A stretch of 64,000 bases of DNA from Marsupella aquatica (lineage: Eukaryota > Plantae > Marchantiophyta): NCBI GenBank assembly GCA_973895155.1, contig OZ316895.1, positions 7,986,184 through 8,050,183 of the forward strand. Reading direction: 5' to 3'. This document shows positions 51,225 to 61,946 of the stretch, piece after piece. The notes under the pieces were generated by a model. That model did no database searches. It saw only the letters and a program-made list of their open reading frames with translations, and was not told the origin of the DNA. Both the position numbers and the translations under genes were made by a program. The stretch's first letter is position 1, and the number at the start of each line of letters is the position of its first letter.

Positions 51225-51674
51225 GGGTTTCGTAAGTGCAGAGAAATGTCTGGTGTTCCAAGCAATCATCCTCAGGGGAAATGACGACTTGAGATCCGTC
51301 GTTACAACCCGGCAATAGATGGCCCGCTTGAAGATGACTCTCCTCCGAAGCAGAAACCCGATGCAGAGACTGTGAAGGTCTCTGCAGGCAGCAGTGTCCC
51401 AACCGAACTCCGTCAATCTGTTGGATCGTCATCATCATTGAGGAGAACACCTACTCCTCCAAAGTTAATTCCAGCAGCGAAGTCTCCACCGAAGCCAAAG
51501 GTGGATACCACACAGCGCGAGGTTGTCTCGAAGAGGAAGAGGCTCGCAGAAGAGGAGCAGTATTGGATTGAGAGGGAGATCTATGACTACTGGACCGAGG
51601 AACGCCTCGCCTCTTCGGATTACGATTCTGAGTCAGACACTGACTCCGATGCATGGAAGGCGTCCAGCCCCTGA
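51225..51674 (+). pseudogene. Small hypothetical gene remnant (Pro/Lys-rich, KRKR, acidic tail)
   Basis: ORF 51372-51674 has protein-like composition and extends upstream through one in-frame TGA. No family recognised. Confidence 0.35.
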
Positions 51675-51858
51675 GGGGAGAGTCAGGTTGTGGATTTACT
51701 GAAATTTTCGTAGTTACAAGCGAACCACATGTGCTCATGTACTTTCAATATGTATGAGAAGTAAAGTTTGGGTGGTCCTTTCCATTCTATGTGTTGCTCT
51801 GGAATGTCATTTTGTGCATAGTACGTTTATTTGGAAGTCACAGTTGGACCCTTCCCAG

Positions 51859-54800
51859 ACTAGAGATATCGCTAGTATCGCTAGTTCGATAATCAATTCG
51901 ATAGAGTATTACCACAACAACTTCAGGGAAAACTTCCCTCTCTAAACCCTTAACATCCTGTCACATCCTGTCCTAAATTCCGTTGATCAGACTAGCGATC
52001 TCGCTAGCCAAAAACTGGCGTCATTTTAATGATCAAACCGTGAACTCTATAGAAACTTGTCGATAGGTTAACACGTCTGAAAGTTGAATGTTTCTGTCAG
52101 GATGTAGCAGACTTCCTAAGACTAGAGATATCGCTAACCATAAACAACGAACTCAAACACCATAAAAGTAACCATTATGGACCTCGCTAACATTATGATT
52201 CACTCGGTGAAAACAGATTGATATTTGTGAAATCACAAACTCGAGTAATCCATCCCACCACCCTATAATTAGCATCTCCAATAAACGACTAGTCCCCTAT
52301 CTGTAACGGAATTAAACTCCTCACTTCCCCAACAGTCAGAATTGGCTGTTTGACAAGGTCGTCCTTCTCCAGGTTGAGTGAAAACTTGTTTAAATACACC
52401 CACAGCAGATGTTTACAAGACATGAATGGTTTCCCTCGTGTATGCCTCTTATAAAAGTCTTCACAAGAACACGAAGGGAAACAACAGATTTGCACCCAAT
52501 ATGTGTGCGGAACTTGTGAATCAGTCTCGTGAGTGGCGATCAAGTATCTCCAACCCCATCCATTTCCGGTAGTTACCTTCTCATTTCCGACAACTCTCAT
52601 GTATTCTTGTGTAGCGGAAACGATGCGCTTGAGCAACACTGGAGTATTGCTGAAACGCTGTCGTGCACCCTTACCATTTTGGGTTTTCAACCGACGGTCC
52701 ACATTAGTTAGATCAATTCGTTCAGGGAATGAGTTAACATCAATTCATAGGTTGACCCGATTGGGGGACGGGAACTCTCCAACTTGATTTGCATCCACAT
52801 AGGAGAGTCCACTGATCTGGAATCCTAATCCCAGCAGAAACTCTATCTCGGGATGGGAGAGGCAAGTCCCACGCTGAACCTTGAGTGACTCGGGTGGGGG
52901 GGGTAGTTGAGCTAGAGTTATGCGTCCTCGGCTCTTGTGACACTTATTGTTAGGACAGAAGTACAACAACTGGCGATGTGGAGACGATAATCGCAACCCG
53001 TGAATGGCGACTCCAACAATTCCCCCTTGCGCGGACTTACATCCAGTCTCCTTGATGAGATTTCTACATTCATCTCTTCCAAAAACGCTTCGGTCAACCG
53101 ACCCGTTGCAAACAGGTCCAACACCTCTACCGCTCCGCCTGAGATGCCAGGTCCCATAAGGAACATCAACCTCTCAGATGGAAGGGATCCTTTGGAGGGC
53201 ATCCCGATGGTCATCCCCGACATCACACGAAGGTTGAGTCCCCATCTTCACGGTATCATTGACATTACGACTTGCATCATCACCATCGTCATCTGAAATA
53301 TGGATAACTCCAGAAGAACAACCTCCGACAGGTGTTGCCGAAGTTGTATTATTTGCTATTTCTGGGTCCGCAGAAGTCTCCGAAACATTGACGAAGTGAA
53401 ATTCAGGATAGAGATTACGCCTTTTTAGTCCTGAAGGAGAAGCTGTTGTGCGTGACACCTTGTCATGTCTGTGGGAGTCATTCTCGTGGATTACAGCTGA
53501 AGCTTTCCCTTTCCTCTTCGTGGATGTTGTTCGGAGATCGCCATGTAATGGAACTATTCTATAGAATGCATACTTAGCTGAAGACTCGAGCAAAAGTTTT
53601 GCTGCCTTTTCGTAAGCATCCATGGATCCCATAGCATCGGCGTTCCTGTATGCTAATTCAAAAATGGTCGGCCCCTGGCCTCTGCGAACACCTTCACTGT
53701 AGGCTGTAAAAGCAGCAATTTGCCCCGCAGCACGATTCTGGTCCACCTCACATGCTTCAATCAATCCCACTAGTTTCTTCATTTGGCAGGATCTCATGGA
53801 TGCATGGACTGATTCCGCTCCAGTACAATTTGGCATCAAGGCTGACTCCATTGCAGTTTGCGTCTGCAAAAAAGTAGTCCCCAGTCAGACCTGATATGCT
53901 AGCGAGGTCGCTAGCAAAAACAATGACGTCAAATAGAAATGAAATTGGACACTTACAACGCGGATGAAGTTCCCCCACTGCCTCCACCTCACGACCCACC
54001 AAGATAACCATCCTTGGAGAGACTTCAATTTCCCAGCATAGCAGTTTCCTTCCTTCCACCAACGATGGATTTCTTCAGAAACACGGTAGGCCTGAACATA
54101 TGTTGGTGCTGTTCTCAGCCTTTCCCACAGTTTATAGTGCTCTCGATGGTGATCTTCCCGAATACCCTCCAATGTGTGACGACGAAAAGATTGAGCAAAG
54201 TGAAAGGCGTCACTGTGCTCCTTCTGTGGGTGACGGACACCTCCAAAAAAAACATTCTGAATGGCGATCCATCCAGCCTCGGCATTATCGGCAATAAATC
54301 CTCCAATGAGTGGGTCATGCACATCATGATCAGAGGCAACTTCAATCATATATCTCCATGCGGTTTCAAGAGATAAGGAGTCCTCCGCACGGAGCTCACA
54401 AGTGAAGATGGTACAAAGGGACCTGTAATTATGGTCGTACACATGGGCGCTGAAAGTTAGCCACCCAGTGCTTATTCTCCGCATTACATCAGAACTGACC
54501 CATGCTCCTTCCAGCTCACCTCCACTCTTCATGTGCCTGAGAATATTGACACCAGAACCGGGGCCATTTGTACTCATTTTGAAGACATGAGCCCTATCGG
54601 TCTTGCTCCCCTGCCCAGGGAAAAGGTACCTCTGAACATAAGGAAAATTATTCCGTGCTTGCATCTCACGAAGAGAATCCAACTCACCTTTTTTTGGGTT
54701 ATCCATTTTCACACTCCAAAATATGGCCTGGAATTTCTCAACAGTGGACACAACCTTCATCGATTCCCAAATCTCTCTCTCGTCTTCTTTTGATAGTTCT

Positions 54801-57800
54801 AAAGAAGACTCTGGATGCAAAAGAGAAACCAGGTTTCCTATAGACTTGTTAAGAACACGCCCTGGCGTACACACGGGATTCGCTTTATGAACACCAGAAA
54901 CTATCTCCTCCGCCTGCTTTTTTGCCAATCGAGATTTCCCCTTCCAAACAACGTGGTCATGGAAACCCATGTGAACAGCCAATCGAGACATATGTTTCGC
55001 AACATTTGACTCAAGAGACGGCTTAGGATAGCCGTACAAAAGCTTAGCCAGACATTCACGGATGCAGAGAGGCCTCTCGTCACAGAATCCGCACACCAGC
55101 CCTCCTTCCTCCACAAGCTCACCAAGATGAAACGGCTCAGTAAATTGTCCCTTTCCTCGGAAAGAAGAGTCATTTTTTGAACCGGTGTGCTTCAACTTTC
55201 TACAGACCAGATTTTGACATTCAAGTACACCGGCACATCTGACTTTTGACACAGACCAGTGATTGCGAGGTTTGAGATTAGCTGAAGTTGTGAGAAGTCT
55301 CGTCCATGGATAGCCGTCATTATCCCTATCCATGTCCTGAAGACCATATCCTCGACGAAATTAACCTTCGACCGGAGGAAGCTCAAAAACGCAGTTTCCG
55401 TTGTATGAAGTGGGCAAAGTTTGCACTTGAATCTCCTTCCAATCATTTCCCTTGCGGAAATTTTCCAACTCGCTTGACCCAGTAATATTGAGGAAGGCAT
55501 CATATGCACTAACACGATAAAGAACTGGTTGAGATTGAAACTCGTTTTGACTCACTGCTTCAAAAACGGATTTCTCAGGAGACTTTGTCAACACAGAAGA
55601 GAGATCCCTACCCATACTCTCAGGGGAGATGTCAATAATTTCTGGTACTGCAGGTGACAGGCGAGTCGGGGATTCTGGATCGGAAACATTGATATGTGCA
55701 ATGTCATCCTTACATGAGACTAGCTCTACATCTGAACCACACTTCAGGTCCCAAGCTCTTTCTAGCAATATTCCTGAACCATTATCCGACACCTCGTGAC
55801 TTCTGGATCCATCCCGAGAGTAAAGAACGAACAACTTCCAGATGAAATCATCTTTCAAAAGCCCAAACCTCGATGAGAGAAAAGACTTCTTGACAGAGAT
55901 AATAGTATTCTCCGGAACATCCAGAACAACAACATCACCCGTCGTCTTTCTCTCGATCACAACCTTCGATCCCAATGAAGACATGCTAGAAGTTTTGGAC
56001 ATTACAGTCTACAACAATCCTCAAATGTGAGATACTTTTCTCTCTTCTAGCTTCAAATACATATGAGGAAACGTGCTTGTGTAGGTGTTGGACTCAACGT
56101 ATTTATTTAATAAATGCCTCTCATTCCCGTTATCTGACCGTTATTTTGTCTTATATGACACTATTTACGGAATGATAAAGCTAGCGATCTCGCTAGCTCA
56201 ATGAACCAAGTAAAATGGTTCAAAACCTTACAAAACACCCTTCACGAGTTCATGGATTTAGTGATCAATTTTTGGCTAGCGATGTCGCTAGCAAAAATAG
56301 TTTCTCATAAGAGACCATTATGACCGTTTATATCCGTTGGAATTGGTCGATGGGTGCCTATATGTCAACGGTACGGTACAGTACCGGACACCTGTCTCTT
56401 TGTCATTAGATACTTTTCTTTCAGTCGTGAGTTCGGTGGTTCGTATTTCCGGAAGTACATGTATACCTGACGGTGTCTGAAAAATGATTGCGAGGAGAGT
56501 CGTACAGAATATCTGTATCTCTTTTCACGACCGGGCGCTGCATTCAGGTGAAAGCAACAGACGAGGGTACGATTCTGTCTTTGATTGGAAGATCGATTCT
56601 CGGGTTTCTTTATGTTCGCAAAGCGTGTCGCCCTTGACCTTGACCTGTTCATACCCTTATCACTTCACGGACCCCCTGATGGAGCCATTGTCTTCACCCG
56701 AGAGCTTGTCATCAATAGGATCTTTCAAGTCAGTCGAGTCAAGCCGAAGGGAGACAAGGTCTATAGTGAACAAGAAGGCGCTCCAGGCAGGATTGAAAAC
56801 ACCGAGGAGGCCCAAGATGGTGAACCAAGTAGATGTTGTGAATCCAACGTTTCAACCTGGAGCTTCAGAACCCTATTCTGTTGTCATCAATCGCCATCTT
56901 TTCCCTTTTGGAAATGACAAATTTGGATTCCCGCTCGCTCCTCCTAGGATTCCCCTTTGCAGAATGCAAAACATGCAGATCGTTCGGTCCTTGCAAACAA
57001 ACACGACTGCGATCGAGACACTCAAGAATGAATTCCGGACGCAGGGATACATTGAAGATGCGCCTCGATTTTACGTCCAAATGACCGGCGAAGATGGCCT
57101 TGTCCAGATGTGCGAGGATGTGATTCGGGAGTCATGGCATGACATGTGGATTCTTCAGAATGAAGAATTCGAGAGGGAATGTGATTCTCACGAAGCTTTC
57201 AAAATTTTGAAAGACAAAATGTTTTGTGTTTTCGATGGAAATCATCGTCTGTACTCATGGATGCAACTTGCGGACGAGAATCCCCATGATGTCAAATATC
57301 ATCCTCGAGTTGTTTGCCGAATTTTCAAGGGTGACAAGAACTCATTCGTGCAGATTGAGTCGGCAATGCATGCGCTGAATAGGTTTGTTTCTTTTCCTTC
57401 AAGCTGTGAACTCTATATAAAATTCTTTCATTTCCTCTTGTTAGCGATCTCGCTGACCTGTTTCTTTTGTTCAGGTTGACTCAATGTCACGTTGAGAATT
57501 CTTGGGTCCTTGAAGCAGAGAGAGTCCACAAGGTGCTCAGTAATGACCTTTCTGTATACAAAGATATCATCGATGCAGACAACTACAAACTTTTCCAACA
57601 GAAGATGGCAAATATCAGGAAATCGGCTTGGTATTCGAAGAACATGACACTCGATGCCTGCACATACATTATGTTTGCTGCTAATATTGCAACGCAGACG
57701 GAAGATTTGAAGAAGAAGTTTCAGTTGAAAGAAGCACAAGGAGAACCTCTTTCAAAAGTTGCGCAAGACATGGCAGTCAAAGACATGATGAAGGAGCAAC

Positions 57801-59653
57801 TGGCAGATTGGAATGTGAAGGTGCCAAAGATTGGACCTCTCCTAAATCCTGAGTTTGGTGACTTTTTCCAGAAGTGTGTTGAGATGCACAACTACTGCGA
57901 ACATGAGAGGAAGGAGGCCCAACAAACAGACGATAAAGGAAGGGGTAATGTGTCATGTGGTCTCGATTGTGCGAGGCTATTTACGGGTGTCTCGTTGTTG
58001 ACTCCGCAGCTCAGATGTGTACTCCTCGAGGCACAATGTAGACCTGAGCTTCGCAAGAAGTACTTCCACCCTGGTCAATTCTCGGACAACGAAACAAAAC
58101 TTTGGCTTCACCGATGGGCTGTATGGGAGCAGGTTGAGTCAATTTGTTCTTCGCTCATGTCTGAGATTATTTCAGAGATGATCCCAGCTGTTCCAGATGC
58201 AAGGATCCTTACTTCGTCTGAGAAGACAAAGCCATCGCTGATCCTTGACATAGAGGAGGACTTTGAAGGTTTCCAAACGAGAGTGAAATCTCGTTTTTTC
58301 AAACAGATTTGGCCACCAAAGTCGGGTGAGAAGATTGACATCTCACTTTTTTGGAGGAGGGCGAAGAGATATACATATCGTTTTTTTGTGGATAGAGAAG
58401 TTGCTGACAAAACATATTGGTGGTCCTATCCTGCTTGCTTCTCGCCTTGGATAGCAGGAGTGAAAGAGGATCCAACCTCCGTTAAATATGGAGAGTACTC
58501 GATGTACCCATGTGAGGGAGTGGAGGCTCCAAGGAAGATGAGTGAGTGGGAAGTCCCTCACTGTCCATGGTATTTAGAATCAGACAAATGGGCAGTGACA
58601 TTTGACACAGCAGAGAAGGCAGCATTTCATATGATAAATCGAGGCTTGATACCAGAGTCGTACATTACAGAGTCCAAATTAGCTCCTGCAGAAGCCGAGG
58701 CTGGCGGATGTGAGGCAATGGAGAAAGCTATTCTTGGTGTAGCTGCCATTGTTGACCGGAGTAGATCGAGGAGACCTCGGAAGGTGCCGGTGAAGGACAC
58801 GTCCAAAGATGGATCAGTCTTGTCTGGGAAGCAAAGTAAGTCTTTTTCTCCTCTTTTTTTCATACCTCATTCGGAGTAATTTTGTCTCAGTCACTTGTCT
58901 GACATTAACATGTTTTTCAGAGAAGAGAAAGGCTGCAGCCTCTGGCAGTTTGAAGAGTGGGGCGGATGATGGAGAAGAACCCAAGTCTCCTGATGTTGAG
59001 GTCACACCAAAATCTGCTGTGGACCTGGGTTCAATCAAGCGTTTAAAGGAAGCGCAATGTCCAAATTCTCTCCAACTCGGATGAGGAGGAAGCATGTGTC
59101 GCGCAAGGAGTAGCACGAATGTGTGGTCTTAAGAAGGATGGTGAGAGGCATTTCTTGGCGAAGAGCAATCTCACGGAAACTGCAAACTCAATTAGCCAGA
59201 GGAAAGTAAGACCTCCCTAGATGGGCGATGCGGATCAATGGTGGTCTGGAATGAGCAAATCGATCAAACACCCAAACGCCGTGATGATCAACGGAAAACA
59301 TTACGCTGGAATTGGTGCTCACTTGGGTTTCATATTCCTTCCCACGGGTCATCGAACAAGCGTCACAGACCGTGAGGTCCCGAAGTGGAATGTTTGGAGT
59401 GAGAAATTACCATATTATTTCTTTGGAGTCATGCGTCCGATGCTTGTCGATGACGGTTATGTCGTAGTTCTTCACAGCTCTGACTATAACCATATGAGGC
59501 AAAAAAATTCTGCCATCGAGTAGAAGAACAAATTTAAACATGTCCGGCAGTATTTGGTTTTGCTTTCATCTCCTTTGTATCAGGCAGATATGGACATCGA
59601 GGTAAGATATCCTCCATATTTTTTGTGCAATTTTTGCTAGCGAGCTCGCTAAC
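51859..59653. repeat. Dispersed 18-bp palindrome GCTAGCGA-NN-TCGCTAGC (8 copies + 1 half-site)
   Basis: 51859-51876, 51991-52008, 52121-52138, half-site 52179-52191, 53898-53915, 56180-56197, 56275-56292, 57440-57457, 59636-59653. Confidence 0.9.
52289..56002 (-). pseudogene. Mutator (MULE)-type transposase: GCM/WRKY-like zinc domain, DDE core, C-terminal SWIM finger; in-frame stops and frameshifts
   Basis: DNDGYPW..CAGVLECQNLVC..CGFC..C..HMGFHDH (GCM-like). Putative catalytic WVSSDVMR, GFIADNAEA, SDAFHF (at the CxxH position), GAESVHASM. SWIM CSCEDF..CKHLLWVY. Intron 53864-53956; in-frame TAA at 55361. Confidence 0.75.
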
Positions 59654-60099
59654 CAAAAGTGCCCATTTCTTACATATTCTCGTTTTCAATTCAGGTGGTT
59701 ACTCTCATTATGGATGTCTTCTGCGAGGTGGAATTCTCGGCAAAAGTCCCGAAACATACAGGATATGTTCCAATGACTTCCTCGGAGGATGCCCGCCATA
59801 AATCGATGTTGAGTGTTTGCTACCTAAAAACTGATCCCAGTCCCAAGGCGGCTTTCGCAGGTTCCAATAGATTGTCAATTGGGTTCATGCAAGCCGTAAT
59901 GGAGATCCTTTCTTTGCCAAAGGACATTGTCATTGACTGGACTGTTGGAGATGGAAGTGCTTTTGCCGCTGGGGAATACGCTGGGAGATTTGTTGTTGGT
60001 GTTGAAGATCGAGACATTCTTCATCTGTGTGCGCAAAGAACTTTGGCAAATGTGTTGGATAGACATGCCCAGAAGTTGAAAGATCACTATATTAATTAA
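56679..60099 (+). pseudogene. ParB/Srx-like N-terminal domain + C-terminal beta-class N4/N6 DNA-methyltransferase-like domain; 3 introns, a few nonsense/frameshift lesions
   Basis: FCVFDGNHRLYSW (57234-57248; ParB GxxR box). Introns 57383-57474, 58836-58920 and 59602-59694 (GT-AG). C-terminus ILSLPKDIVIDWTVGDGSAFAAGEYAGRFVVGVE resembles S.PGD.VLDPF.GSGTT..AA...GR..IG.E. An upstream LGFIFLPTG..W..F...LVDDGYVVV segment sits at the motif IV-VI position. Confidence 0.65.
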
Positions 60100-60552
60100 A
60101 ACTGTACTTTTAAAAGTCCATAAGATGAACCCTAAAGTTATTTTTTTCAGGCCAAATTTCTATTAAAGCATTCCCAAAAGCTAATTTTTTTCAGCCCAAA
60201 TATACACTTTTGAACGCCCAAAATTTTGTTTTTTTTCACCCAAATGTTTAATAATAACTTAAATCATATATTCTAATTAATTTAAAAATTAGAGTAAATT
60301 TAATTTAGTCCAAAAATCAGAGGCCAATACCACTCAGACCATCTATAAATTAAAAAATATAGATGGTCATAAATCAAGGGTCAAAATGAGATTGACCCAC
60401 TATATAATTATTAAATTGTCCAGTCCAGTGAGAGAGCCTCACACTAAGCATATATCCTAATTATTTACTTTATCCTACATGTTCAAAACATATCCTTTCA
60501 AGACATAATATGAATGTACAATTCAGGGTAGGCACTAGAGCAACCCTATCTC

Positions 60553-61608
60553 CTAATGATCAAGACAAAACTCATTTGAACAAGAAAGTCTGCTTCCTGA
60601 TTTATCATAGCGGATGTCATGGTTGCAAGTATCTCTCGCATGGTGGTTCTTAAACTTATTGGTGAGATCCCTAGTTCTGAGAACTTTCCAAATAAAATGC
60701 CTTCTATTTTGTGTATGAGGACCAGAATAGTTGTCTCCAAGTATTACGTTTGCAGTTTCTTCGATCTCATCCGTGGTCCACGTCTCCAGTGGTGGGTAAT
60801 GCTGCACCTCGTTCTTTCCGTCCCAAGGAATCTCTTCAGGAGTCACATCCAAGATGGTTCCAAACTCCCTATGGATACAATGACAATCCCCCCACTTCTG
60901 TTCCAAAAGAGCATAGATGGCAGCATGATCCTCCTTGCTTGTTAATAAATTGAAAACAGACCACTTTGGATTGTTGACAGTGATATAATGTTGAACGCAG
61001 TAAGCCTTTCTCAATTTGCAAAGATACGGCCATAATATCTCGGGCAAAAAAGTGTCATTTGAAGCTGTGTGAGTAAATGGATTTGGAAACAATCCATTCA
61101 CGTCATAATTCAAAAATGCCTTCAATGGAGAATCATCAATAAGAACTGTATTAGAAGCATCATATTTTTCTGGAAAACGGTCCCAAATAGTTTGCAAATT
61201 CTTCAGAAGTAAATTGGCCTTCCCATCTGTTATATCTGGCCTTTGGATGCAACTATCAAAGGTATCTTCTTGAGTAAAGACAAACTTGAACTTCTGTCAC
61301 TCCTCCTCAGTGAAAATCAACTCCATTAAGTCCATTGTTTTTGGCCTCCTTGCACAGGTCCAAATTGCGACGTCAAAAACCATGAAAGCTGCATATAGAA
61401 ATTTGTGGAGGTATGGGCGCTCCACATACATGAAATTAAACCCTCCACGTCTCCCCCAGTGCACACCACGTAAACTTGTCTGATTTCGCCATGGTCCTGA
61501 GCTTCTGGTCTTAATGCAATCCCAACAAATCTTGTTAAGGTCAAGAACCAAGAGCTTTCGCCGGATGGGAGAGTGTAGTATTGGAGTGAATTCTGGAAAC
61601 ATTAACAT
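60553..61608 (-). pseudogene. FCP1/NIF (HAD-family CTD phosphatase-like) domain, one in-frame TGA
   Basis: RKLLVLDLNKI, RPYLHKFL..FDVAIWTCA, KNLQTIW..YDASNTVLIDDSPLKAFLN..NGLFPNPF. ORFs 61297-61608 and 60553-61197 are in the same frame. Confidence 0.8.
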
Positions 61609-61946
61609 AAGCCCTTAGTCAATGCGACTCAAAGTTTAAACAATTACTACGGAGGAAAACTCTCAAAATTTGAAATCAAACAAACTTTGTTATAGCATTT
61701 GAAGTAGATAGGAACGACCCTGGGGCGACCCTCCTAGAAAAACATTAATTACATTCAATTGCCATTTTTTAGATCCAAAGTATACTTGGGTCAAACCCTT
61801 CCTCCACAGCAACGCTTTCCGAGGGAATGCCAACAAAATCCTTTGAGGAAGGAGATTCTACGACGGAACTTTGGTCTGTAAAAAAGTATATTATTACAAA
61901 GATAAAGCTTAGATTGTCATTAAAATACCAAGAACCAAAGAAAGGG

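Noticed and set aside
60338-60369. Hairpin GACCATCTATA..TATAGATGGTC in the AT-rich gap between convergent genes; also hairpin at 43202-43229
   Set aside because: Isolated short stems with no supporting context; bacterial-style terminators are not applicable here.
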